A stretch of DNA of 60,679 bases, filler included, from Jimgerdemannia flammicorona (lineage: Eukaryota), in the NCBI GenBank assembly GCA_003990765.1. It is 2 parts of 2 records of this genome, joined end to end, with 100 filler letters (N's around TTAATTAATTAA, not from the genome) between each part and the next. Parts side by side here need not be neighbours in the genome. Positions count along the whole stretch, not along the records: positions 1 to 30,311 come from RBNJ01000450.1; positions 30,412 to 60,679 come from RBNJ01000451.1. One strand, given 5' to 3'. The translations under genes were made by a program, and so were the position numbers. Positions 25,840 through 37,557 of this stretch are shown here, piece by piece (the stretch's first letter is position 1; every line of letters starts with the position of its first letter). The notes under the pieces are model-generated. The model worked only from the letters and a program-made list of their open reading frames with translations, was not told where the DNA came from and searched no databases.

Positions 25840-26120
25840 TAACTGATCATAAACCTCGGCCGCTGAGCAGGATCTTCACGCCAGTGCTCTCTTAGCACCG
25901 CCTCAAACTCCGCTGGTGCTTCGTGAATCTTGCTCTCACGCAATCGAGCTGGGTTCCTCGTGATGGCGGCAGACGTGATATTCCGAGGGAGAAACTCGAG
26001 CCGGCCATAAAATTCAGTAGAGGGACTGGTGTCATCGAAGGATCGGGCGATTCCAACGTCGATTTAAACGGGCGTCTTGATTGCCGGGGTGGAGATCATG
26101 TTGACTGGAGCGAAAGTGGC
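25840..26120 (-). pseudogene. Protein kinase C-lobe relic (TKL-type)
   Basis: Manual minus-strand translation: HDLHPGN, then DVGIARS...FYGRLEFLP, then RLRESKIHEAPAEFEAVLREHWREDPAQRPRF (subdomains VIb, VII-VIII, XI), with frameshifts and deletions. Confidence 0.75.
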
Positions 26121-27256
26121 GGAGGTCTGAGAGAGGAGCGTGGACTTTAGCGTGATCTGGGACCAGTCCGTTGTTTGGTACGCGTGAGGAGCTTCGAGAG
26201 TGTCGTGGTGCACGAAGGCAAAGACTGTTAGCATGCGTGGATTCTGGGATGTCCAGAAAGGCCAAAGATAGGGACACTTTGGTATTAGTTGTCAGACAGA
26301 TTTTGAGGACAAGCTATACGTATGGAACGCGTACCTCAAGTTCCATTAAAAATGCGAGAGATGAGCTTAAAGGTTTTGGCGCGGATCTGGGAACTGGACG
26401 TTGAGGTAGTGGATAATTCCCGCTACCAAGTCGCCAAGGCTGGTGACCTTTGTAGTATTCCTTTGTTCACAACAAGCAATTTAATGTCACCAGCCCCGTG
26501 ACCATCGAGTGGCCTTTCAACAATGCACAAAGAAGGTGTCGATATATCCATATTTTTGCAACAGAACTAAATCTTCCCAATACAGAAATCAAGATACCTA
26601 AACAATGGAGAGAGAGAGAGAAAAGAGTATACCGTGTTAACTTTTTTTTCTCATTGTTCTCCATGATCACAATGAAATTCCTTGGGTGCCGATGCATTCC
26701 TAACGGACGAAAATCAGCACCCACTTGAATTGCATTTACTCTGGGAAAGTATTAGATACACAAAACAGGAAAGTTTACTGGGCAGTACGACCAGTACTTT
26801 AGTATGAACTCAGATGGTAAAAGCTTTGTCCTGTTATGTCGAAAAATACCATATTAATATTAATTAATTAATTCGATCGATGGTCACACACCCCTAGTGC
26901 TTTGAACGACCAAATTCGATTCTAATACAAAATCCTCAATTCGATTCGATTCGTTTGGGATCACTACACACCCCAGCAAGAGTCATAAGCATAAAATTGG
27001 TAATATTATCAAGTTTTACATACAATTAACATAGTTCTTCCGGCGCGAAGCGCATAGACATAACGATCATAGCTAATATCGAATACTGCGTACCTTCCAG
27101 CTCATAGCCAACGACTTTGCGTTTGTTGCATAATGAAAGATATTAGCGCGGGATCGTCGAACAGTACGAATATAAGCATAGGCATATGTACATAATGTGA
27201 ATTTATCATGATGCTTTTCGCATTACACTACTAATCTTGCTTATAATGCAAAATGT

Positions 27257-27787
27257 CTATTCGAAATCGTGGAATTGAAGCTGAAACCGAATCAAGCGCA
27301 TGTTGGAGTCCTTCGAAGGCCAGTACACCGTGGGATTCGCCTTTGTAATAATGTGGTCTATACTAAGCCGGCCCCTATTAACCTTTGTCACCAGCTCCGA
27401 CTGGAATCTTGCGAACTCCTCCTCGATCTGGTCAAAGCGGTTTTCGACGAAGTCCCAGAAGATTGCCCAGTCCAGATGGTCGCAGGCGCTGCGCTCCACA
27501 GATTTGAGATTTTTCAACATCTCCTTTCGATTCCTACTGTCCGCAGGATCTTTTGCCGTGACTGCCACCAGCCTTTCCGGTTCTGAGTTCGGGAACCGTA
27601 AATCAAGCACCACGAAGCTGCCCCAGCGTTTTCGGTTCTTCACCAGGACGCAGTCGTGGAATACCTGGATAAAGCGCACTATGAACACACCGTACACCAT
27701 CATAGGGCTGAGGCGGGATACCTCATATTGAGGAGGTGAGCGGGATCGTCGTTTTGCGGCACGGAGGCGAGAGGATATGTTGCCCAT
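27257..27787 (-). CDS. Uncharacterised 176-aa protein, tandem family copy 4, MGNISS N-terminus
   Basis: Intact ORF with an in-frame insertion near the C-terminus relative to its paralogues. CpG retained. Confidence 0.85.
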   Translation of the reverse strand: MGNISSRLRAAKRRSRSPPQYEVSRLSPMMVYGVFIVRFIQVFHDCVLVKNRKRWGSFVVLDLRFPNSEPERLVAVTAKDPADSRNRKEMLKNLKSVERSACDHLDWAIFWDFVENRFDQIEEEFARFQSELVTKVNRGRLSIDHIITKANPTVYWPSKDSNMRLIRFQLQFHDFE

Positions 27788-28694
27788 GTTGTTTGCGTGA
27801 AAGGAAGGGGAGCCGCTGGGCTAAGGTATGCACAAAATGTCAATGAGGTTCCACAAATATTTTTTCGAAGAAACGAAGCGAACCAGGCGGGTCAAAGCAC
27901 ACTGTCGTGACCTATACGAATGAGGAACACTACGTGCACATCAGATACCTCCATAGGGATACCTCATATCGGGCTGTGAAACTCCTATGATATCGACCGC
28001 GTTCCTGAACTTTTACGCCTGGCCCGTATTAAATTAACATTCAAACAGCACAGCGGAAGGTATTTCATTTCTCTGAAAGGTATTGGGCTGACCGTTTGCA
28101 ACTTCAAAGAGAAAATAAAACGAACGAGTTTATGAGCACATTGGAGTGACAAAAATTGTGAAAACGGTTCTGGGTTCAAGTATTCTTGAATATGGTGCTT
28201 CCAGTAGTAAAATAGAGATTTATGGCATGATGCTTTGTCTCGATCATATACTCTGCATTTCCAGCTGTTTTTTATATCAAACTGCCAGAGCCGCTTAACA
28301 TTCAAGCAGTGCAATCATGCAATCTATGCTTCAGCAAACCTAGCTTAGTTAGTTTTTTATTTGCTCCCCTGCGCCCAAGTCAACTTAGCTAGGTTGGTTC
28401 TAAACAGTACGCCAGTAATAGAAGCGCTCAAACACTTACGCGCCTTCACTCAGTAGTCTGCGTTAGCAACTAGTCATTGCTACAATTGGTTTTACGCACC
28501 CCTCCTACCGTCCCTTATTTGTAATAAATGAACAAACGGGGCCCCTTCGCCTTATTATCCCATGCAACCTAACCCAATTTGTCTTAGACTCAATCTTCGC
28601 GCAATCCATACGCTACGTTAAACATAGAACCGTTCCGCGAAAGGACACTTTGCTACTTTTTTAAACGAATCATGCCACCAGCTAATTAAAATGT

Positions 28695-28954
28695 CTATTC
28701 CAAAGTCTTAAATTGAAATAAATTGCCTATCGGGGTCCTCCGCCTTCATAATGATGTTGCTGACACTGAACCGGCCAACTCAACTTGAAAACGTTCCTCG
28801 CAGTAAATTTCCCAGTTCAGACGATCAAAAAGGTATATATAATTACCAATCCAAATAGGTACTTTTTAATAAATTTGGCCACATGTGCAACACCGTGACT
28901 GTCACCAGCCTCTCGCTATTTGCACACCGTATGGGCTGAGGAGGGATACCTCAT
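28695..28954 (-). pseudogene. Tandem family copy 5, heavily deleted
   Basis: Patches match the paralogues (GGGGTCCTCCGCCTT, GTGACTGTCACCAGCCTCTC, GGGCTGAGGAGGGATACCTCAT), followed by the shared upstream module. Confidence 0.75.
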
Positions 28955-29248
28955 GGTGAAAATATTTTTTCATTACAGAGCAGTGAGGGTTGTATAGTAA
29001 TTGAATCGGAGCTATAATGTATATATTCTAGATCATTGAGGCTAAAGCCGTATTAAATTAAATTTCAAACAGCACAGGGGTAGGTATTCTAATGCAACTC
29101 CGAAGATATTTCTATACTCTATCACAAAATCCTGGTACCGTACATTGAGTACCATCCAGTACCTGCACTATATTTACAAGTACATGTGTACACCAAGTAT
29201 GTCATATATATGACGTGGTTTTATGATGTGGCCAACTGATCGCGCTAC

Positions 29249-29288
<40 letters not shown>

Positions 29289-29814
29289 GAATATTTATAG
29301 TTATATAATTTGGGATTAACTTGCAGTAAGGTACACAGTTCCAAGTCAAAATTTTGTGTGGGCTGAATGTGATGAACCAGGGGTCAATGAGCCAACTGCA
29401 GCTAGCCAATTGAGTCAGGCAAGCAAATTTGCCAATGAAGAAAAATAGTCACTTCCATATGGAAAAATTGCAAAACCCCACCTGGAAAAAATGCAGAAAA
29501 ATATGAAACCTCAATGAAAATAAGCAGGTTTTGTCAGCCTTGAGGTACCAAGAAAAAGCCACATCCAAGCAGGTTAAGCATACCTCAACAAGAGTCATAT
29601 AGGATTATTTCCACCAAGGTATACAACTGAGGCATGCTGACTTCTATTATCATTTTTACAACCAAAAATCCATATTAATGAAAATAAATACATTGAGCAT
29701 ATTCTCAAGTTCCTGAGGTAATACCTATATTAATAGTTTAATACAGATTTATAAAAAAATTATTTTATAATAATATCTTTTGTAAAAGATAAGAAATTTT
29801 AGTAAAAATTGATG

Positions 29815-30138
29815 GTAGTCATATAGCAATTATACTATTCACTAATAAAAAGAAAAAAAAAATATGAAACCCAGTTATACATTTATATCATAATGTCTTT
29901 ATAAGTTCATTATGTGAAGAAATCTACAGAATTCAGCAAAATACATATAAATATTATATAACTATAGCTTAAAAGGTCAAGGTGTACCAATTTTATATAA
30001 ATGAAGAACAAAGTACAAAGAGTGATAAATTTCAGTGTAGTCATATAGTAATTGTACTATTCACTGATAGAAATATCATGTCTTCATGAGTTCATATTGT
30101 AGAGAAATCTATAGAATTCAGCAAAAATATATAAATAC

Positions 30139-30145
<7 letters not shown>
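29815..30145. repeat. Diverged local direct duplication (~220-bp period)
   Basis: GTAGTCATATAG.AATT.TACTATTCACT and AAATCTA.AGAATTCAGCAAAA each occur twice. Confidence 0.65.
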
Positions 30146-30153
<8 letters not shown>

Positions 30154-30170
<17 letters not shown>

Positions 30171-30311
30171 TTTTTTTAACAGACTCATGTCTTGCAGATT
30201 TTTATTGGAAGAGAACCTAAACTATATAGGCCAAAACCCTCCCCCACCACCCACCAAACACTGCCCCCCCATTAACATAGGATAGATATTGTCCAGCTGC
30301 TCAACTATTCT
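30154..30311 (-). mobile_element. Probable 3' tail of a retroposon/LINE, cut by the gap
   Basis: Poly-T, then TTTATT (AATAAA on minus), then a C-rich tract, as at 1-100. Confidence 0.5.
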
Positions 30312-30411
30312 NNNNNNNNNNNNNNNNNNNNNNNNNNNNNNNNNNNNNNNNNNNNTTAATTAATTAANNNNNNNNNNNNNNNNNNNNNNNNNNNNNNNNN
30401 NNNNNNNNNNN
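30312..30411. other. Artificial assembly join (N44-TTAATTAATTAA-N44)
   Basis: Exactly 100 bp with a symmetric six-frame stop linker. Confidence 0.97.
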
Positions 30412-30796
30412 CATTGATGATATTATCTAACTTATATATTATATATTGCAAAAAAATTTCCATTATTTCTTATAGTGCAACACCTCTTGAAACATTACCA
30501 GATAATCAAGTATCCTTCTTTGGCCTTTCAGGTTCCTCAATTTTATCAATTTATATTCCTCTTAATGAGATTAAGCACTATGGATTAATCTTGTAACCAA
30601 GATATATCAGTCCTTTGTAATATTTTAAATATTTAGAGTATATAAGTATAAGGAGTATTTATTCCACTACTCTCTATATCATTAAGCTCTCAGCCAACAT
30701 AGTAATATGGAACAGTCCTTGAAAGATCACCTAGTTATCTTTGGCTATTTAGATTCTTCAGCTTTATTGATTCATATTTCCTCTATAGGGCTAAGT

Positions 30797-32297
30797 TGTA
30801 AGTGCACAACCTCTAAGCAACCAAAATTACATGACATCCTTAGAACTAATTTGGAAACCACATGCAAGACTACAAAACAAGTTACTGAAGAGATTATCTG
30901 GTTACATGAAATATGCCAGCAAGCATGAGAATCTACTGCCAAGATATAAGAATATTAGAAGAAGTACTACAACCATAAGACTGACTCTGAATCACTATAA
31001 CTAGTTTGGTGTATTGTACTATTATAAAAGGAAACTGAAAGTACCAAACTCAAATTAAGACAAGAAGAACTCTATCTCATCTACCAAAAGATTTACAAAC
31101 TGCACTTATTAACTCAAGACCAAGGTATACTATGATTATACAAGATCTCATTACTTAGCAGAAGCAAAATATATTTGAATAACTCCATTTGCTCTATCTG
31201 TGTCACCTCCGTCGGAGAGTGACAGATGCTTCATCTAAACTCAAGAAAGCCGACATCATCGAAACCAATCTCAAGCCATCCATGTAATAGATATTACTAC
31301 TAGAAATTGCCTTAGATTACAGAAAATATCATTTCTGAGATGTTTGAACCCCCAGTCATGACATTGAGAGCCCTCGCCCTAGATAAGAATGGCCAGTCCT
31401 CGCAAATACACCAGAAGACTAAAAAAAAAGAGAATCAAGACCTATTATCCTTGTACAACTACTACTACCAAGAATAGCCTTAATCTTGCAAGAGATAGAA
31501 GTAATAACATCTTGAAACTGATGATGTCAGAAGTCAGAAAACTGCTCAAACTTTGCCAGCGATGATGTCATCAATAGTGATGTCATCAAAGACTAACCAG
31601 ATAGTATCTAAACTTATAAATAGCTTAGCAGTCATAGTATAGTTAGATTAGTCTTATATGACATGACTGTAAACTGACTCAGTAGTCAGATGATCTCTTG
31701 ATATGTCAGATCACACTTATACTACATGACTGCATTCTGACTCAGCAAGGCACTTAGTGCTATATCCATATTTAGCATAGTCCAGATAGCCCCTCACTAG
31801 TATAAATACCCCCTCTCCCAGACCTCAGAATCTCAGACAAAAAGACTTGAACAATCCAAACACAACTCCTGAGCACTTTCCCATAAATATCCTTCACACA
31901 ACTACTTCTAGTATAGCAATATCATGAATAGCAAATAAACCTATTTATTAACCCACAAACCACTCTTAAGTAAATCCACTCCCTGTTAGGTACCACTTCT
32001 AACCCCATCACAAAATTTCCTAATTGGGTATTGTCTGCAGTAATATGCTGATTCAACTAAGCTGGTCTTAGTTTCTTGAACTTCCTGAAATACAGAAAAT
32101 CCTGAATATCCAGAACTAGTCTGAAAAAGGACTTTGGTTGAGACATCAACCCGATCTTGAAATCAATAAGCATAGAGGATGTACTCCATATGAAATTGAT
32201 CTTGAGCATAAGAAAACAGTCTTCTAGAATGTTCAGAACTTCCAGAAAACCCTTCCAGAACTATGTAATGGTTACTCTAAAAAGCAACCCTCTTATA
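30797..32297 (+). repeat. 5' LTR of element A (~1.5 kb)
   Basis: Direct repeat of 52147-53621. TATAAATACCCC at ~31801. Confidence 0.9.
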
Positions 32298-34188
32298 ACC
32301 TAGTAGTAGTGGTTTACAATCCAATTCTACTTCAAGATACTTCCTCACCCTGCTACAAACCCCTCTGTGAATTCCTACAAGTTGGTATAAAGCCCAACCT
32401 CTGAACTGAAATTTATCCCGAACCATCTGACAATCTGGAGAGAATTGAACCTGACGTACAAGGACAATTTGACCTCCACATCTGCAACAAGTGGGACAAA
32501 CTTCATTCAAAGAAAGAAATACTTCAGTTAAATCAGTAAATAGGCAAAACTCTATTTACCGAACTCCTTGCTCTACACCCAGCAAGTCAAGATGAAGAAG
32601 GTCTTATAGAAGCCTTCTTTACTCTTCTCAATAAGAATTTTGTCAGCTCTACAAATCCAAGTGACCTAGGACAACCATCAGCAGTCTTTCTAGTCTCAGT
32701 TCCTCATGAAGCCCAAGCCTCTGTAGCTAAGTAGCTCAACTCTACCGACTTTCACCATACCAGGACCAAGACTGTACTATACTACCGATTCCAGAATAGC
32801 AAGGCCAGCCATATCCCTAAAGAAGAAGCAAGAGAAACTCTTCATCAACTACCCGACCCTGAACCTGAAGCAGGCTCTGCTACAGCTCTACCTGAATCTG
32901 AAACCAATACTGAACCTGAACTTGACTTTGAATTAAGTCCATCTGAAATCAGATATATAACTGATTCTGTCTACTTTGATGCTGAGCAAACCCAATTACA
33001 TAGGGACCAAACCAAAGAAGAGAAGGAGTATCTCAGTGAATTCAATCTCAGATATATGTACTACCACAGGAGATGTACCTCCATCAGGACAGAATATACC
33101 TATACAGCAACAAACAGCTACCTATCAAGCCCTTACTCCAGACCCACAACTACTACTCCAGCAACTTACACAGACCTAAAGAACACCCTCACACTCTGCA
33201 CCAGTATCTCAAGTAGTACTAGTAACACTACTACCAGTAGTCCAACTGCCTTCAGTAAACAATATGGCAAACTAATAGATTCTAGACCTCACAGCCCAGG
33301 TAGCAATAATAGTAGCAACCATAACTGCCTTAGCTGAACAGACCTGATCTACCAAAAATCTGAGCCTACCTACCTTCAATGGTACTATACAAGAAGTCCA
33401 AAGCTTCATTAGTATAGTTGATACCAACTTCGAAGCCAATCAATAGACCAATGAGTGAGTTGCTGACTGTATTCTGATCAATAATCAAGACCACACTCTA
33501 GAACAACTCTTTGCTACTACCACAGCCCATGTCTGGCAAGTTGTTACATTCTTCCAAGGATCTGCCAAAGAATGATGGTGAACCCTTCCTGAAAAACCCC
33601 TCACATAGGACACCTGACCTGCAGTAGTTGCTCAGAATGTAGCAAACAATGCCCCAGAATATGGAGCCCATCCTGCAGCCCCTAGACTCAAACAACTCAT
33701 GATTGCTCAATACCACAGCGAAACCATGATCACTGAATCTTGAGTAAAACTCTACAACCTCAAATTTGATATACATGGCAAAAAAGAATTCAAAAACCTT
33801 CTGTACAAAACTCAAGTCACTCCTGAACACTGTTGGCCTAGGATATATTACCAATGATGAAGCATGAAATGGTACAAGAGCAGACCATTTATTTGATACT
33901 GTAAGTGCACAACCTCCAAGCTATTGAAATCACATGGCATCCTCTGAACAAGCTACTGAAATCACATGTGACCTCCAAACAAATCTGGAAATCACCTACT
34001 TGATCACAAAGCTGAGTCAAATCAAAGTTACAGTACACAAAGCTGAGTCAATACAAAGTCATAGAACACAAGATTTATATAAACAGAATTATACCAATCA
34101 GGACCAAATACATATATACTGAGCACTGAGATGCATCAAACAGAGAACCAAAACAAACAACAACCACAACTTCTGAATATACACAACC

Positions 34189-35286
34189 ATGACTACTGAG
34201 ATCTACAGCTGCATCCATGCTGATATTTAGAATACCATTGTCAATCGAGTCACACCCCCTCTACCCCTCATGAATATCCATAGTCTAGCACCCCTCTACT
34301 TTGTAGAAGCCCAATGGAATGCCCTGAACATACTTTGTGAGGCCCACCAAATTGGACAAATCTCAAGATACTACTAGATTGGCCACCTCCTGGAAGATAT
34401 GGTTGAATACTACTATGATACAGATATTACCCAGATGTCTCAACACCAGAAGCTCATCACCTGTAAATATTGAGAACTCTTCTACAAGTACAGTACCATT
34501 ATTCCCTGCCTTGAAGTTACTACTAACACAATGGTTACTACTCTGTCCTATAGCCAAATCAATGAAATAATATAAGAACTCAACCACAAGTACCTCGAGT
34601 ATGTTGAAGCCACAGATGGAACCTTCCCGCATCCTGATGACCATATCTTACAAATGCCTCAAGTCGGTTATGCTATGAAGGATATCTATGATATAATCCA
34701 CTTCGATGAAGATGAAGCAAAAGACAATGATCTCTCTGATGCCGACATGACCTCAAGCCAAGGATCTCTACCAACCCTGATCACACTACCAACCTTGCTG
34801 ATGAACTTACAACAGTTCATAACTACATACGAGACTTATTGGGACAATAACTACTGGCATGAATATCAATCTGCATTTACCCCCAACTACTTCAACTATA
34901 ATTAAGAGACTGGAGAACACAACCTGTATCTTCAGACAACCCTCGAGATTGAACCAACAACTCCACCACCTGAGTACGAGCAATATGAACCACAGCTGTC
35001 AGCTTACTACAACTCTGTAACTCATAGTTCTGTAACCTACAGAAGGTATGCAGACAATGAATCTGATGAAAGTGAAGATGATGTACCCCTTCTTTGCCCA
35101 CCAACATCTTATCTAGCATATGAGACTGATGATGCCATCTTGTGGGATGGAGACAAAGTTCCAAGGTATTATTACCTTAGTGAATAAGGAGAAGTAATCC
35201 ACAAACCACTCTTCTTAAACAACCACTTCATCAGAGATAATGTAATCAATGGTGATGTCATCGAGGACTACCCAGATAGTACCTAA
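34189..35286 (+). pseudogene. 366-codon frame in U3 of the 5' LTR of element B
   Basis: ATG-to-TAA span of 1098 bp, the same length as the 3' LTR copy. ORF-track fragment 34654-34905 is in frame. Interruptions are in-frame stops. Confidence 0.75.
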
Positions 35287-35488
35287 ACCTACAAATAGCC
35301 TAGCAGTCATAGTATAGTTAGATTAGCCTTATACAACATGACTGTGAACTGACTCAGCAGTCAGATGATCTCTTGACATGTCAGATCACACTTGTACTAT
35401 ATGACTGCATCTCTCTCCACTACAATTCACGTTACACACACTTTACAACACACTTTCAAAGCGTTTATTAGAGAAAGATATTAAGGAG

Positions 35489-37521
35489 ATGTCAACCAGC
35501 AAGCGAGTTAATGTACATCCTAGGTCGGGTGGACCTGGGGCCTTCGACTGGCAGCATGTCGGGAGAGGTATGGACTGGGGATGGGGTCTTTCAGTGGATC
35601 GAGTGGACTGGGCAGCTCGGGGGGTAGAGGAGGCACTGGTGGGGGGGCTGGAGGGCAGCAGGGAGGGAGCTTTGCAGATGCACTTAAGGCTGGGGTTGGC
35701 TGAGGGGTGCCTGCAGTGGTCAGGCAGGAGGAAAGGGGAAGCAGAAGGTTGGCAATGCTGGGGGAGCTGGGCCTTCGCTGGTGGGAGGTGGAGGGAGTGG
35801 AGTAGTGGCTGGGGGTAGTGGCGAGACTGCTGATGGAAGTGTGATGGTGGATCAGGAAAAAAAAAGAGATGTGATGGCTGATGGCCAGGGGGGGCAGGGG
35901 TTCCTGATGTGGAAGGGGGACCTGGCTGATGATGTAACAGGACTGGTGGTGGCCCCGTTGCTCAAGAAGTCAATCTCAGAGTTCGCGGCTACCTTATGCT
36001 TCCAGGGCTTGGCGGTGACAGTGAGGATGGTCCTGGGGCTTATCTCAAGGCAGGTGGCTGGTACAGCCTCAGTGAAGTTCTTGAAGGATATGGAGGGGGT
36101 TGAGGTGGGCTTTGAGGAGAGAGGCCTACTGGATGAGGCCATGAAGACAGGAGTGGTGGTTGGGGAGGTAGTGGTCCCCATGGTAAGGTGCTTGAGGTGG
36201 GACCCCAGGGTGGTGCAGCTTCTGGTGAGGGGAGTGCCCATGGTGACTAAGGAGGAGACTAGGAGGATGGTGGAGGAGGTGATGGTAGAGTATGGAGACT
36301 TAGTGGACATTGGATTTCAGTTGTGGGAGGGGACAACTATCAGGATGGGCAATGTCGATGTCAGGATTCGGTTGGCAGAGAAGGAGGCCACAGGGAAGAC
36401 AAGTGACTGACCCTTAGTACTGATGTGGGGGACCATTATCTGTAAGGTGTTGAGGGTGAAGGGGAGCGAAGAGGAGGAGGAGGACTTATTGGAGGTGCTG
36501 GAGGAGTTGGGTGGTACTGTGGAGAGGAGAGCGAAGGCCTGGAAACTGTATGAGGAATCGACGCATCTGGAGGTTGTGGGCGGGAGGTGTATCTGTATGG
36601 ATAAGAAGCAGTGGGAGTGGGCCCAGGGATGCAAGAGGCAGAAGGAGCTATTGGCGAGTATGACAGGTGGGGGGAAGAAGAAGTTGGGTGAAGCTGAGGA
36701 GTCTAGTGGCACTGAGGCCAGTGTCTGGGCTGGTAAAGGAGGAGAGGAGGTAGAAGCGAAGGAGGCAGGGGCTGGGAAGGGGCTGGACAAGGACCCATTT
36801 GCTGATGGTACCTTTGAAGTGTAGAAGCCAGAGTTGGATGCCACCCCCCCCCCTACTTATCAGGAGGGGCCCAGTGGGGAAGAGAGGGAGGATGGAGGAT
36901 ACACGGATGCAGGGGGCCTAGCAGGTGTGCTTTGGGGTCCCTGATGTGGCTCAAGGGGGTCAGGTGGTGGTGGTTGGTGAGGATGAGCTGGTGGAAGTCC
37001 CTGAGGAGGAGTGGGATGAGGCTGCTAGTGTAGGAGCTGATACCATGATGTTGGATGCAGGACGACTAGGGACTCCGGGAGGGAAGGAGGTGGGGAACTT
37101 ATTGTGGGTATGCAAGGTGATAGATAACCTCGCAGCAGAAGCATTGGGGGAGGTAGACCTGTGGGCAATGCCTGAGGAGCATTGGGCAAGGATCCTGCAT
37201 GGGGATGGAATGGTAGAGGCACTGAAGGTAGAGATTCTGGTGATTTTGCTGGAGGAGGAGGGATACGAGGTTGACGAGGTGAGGAAGGCAGAGCTGGGGG
37301 TGGTCACCAGTGAGTGGGCAGACTACTGTTAGGCAGAGCATCAGGGTCTGCAGCTCTGGCAGGAGGCCTGTCTGGAGTATCGCAAGGATTTTGAGGAGCA
37401 TGAGGATGGGGCAATGGTAGAACTTCTGGGAGAGTTGGAGGCACGGGAAGCTGGGGAGAGGGAACTAACTGCTGAACTTAACTTGGACATGGTGCAGGAG
37501 AGGCAGGATGCCAACTTATAG
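35489..37521 (+). pseudogene. LINE ORF1, fragmented
   Basis: Fragments 35489-35818, 35781-36410, 36423-36824 and 36925-37332 are homologous to ORF1 of the LINE at 1-6072. Confidence 0.75.
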
Positions 37522-37557
37522 AGGATGGGCTCTGATACATATATATCATTATTCTTT

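Noticed and set aside
30312..30411. TTAATTAATTAA palindrome within Ns
   Set aside because: Synthetic contig-joining linker. It also means linkage between the left and right halves is unproven.
30792..30796. TSD for element A
   Set aside because: Left TAAGT and right TATAA do not match, so no TSD is claimed.
30412..30796. AT-rich stretch after the gap
   Set aside because: Possibly decayed TE sequence, but no motif could be supported.
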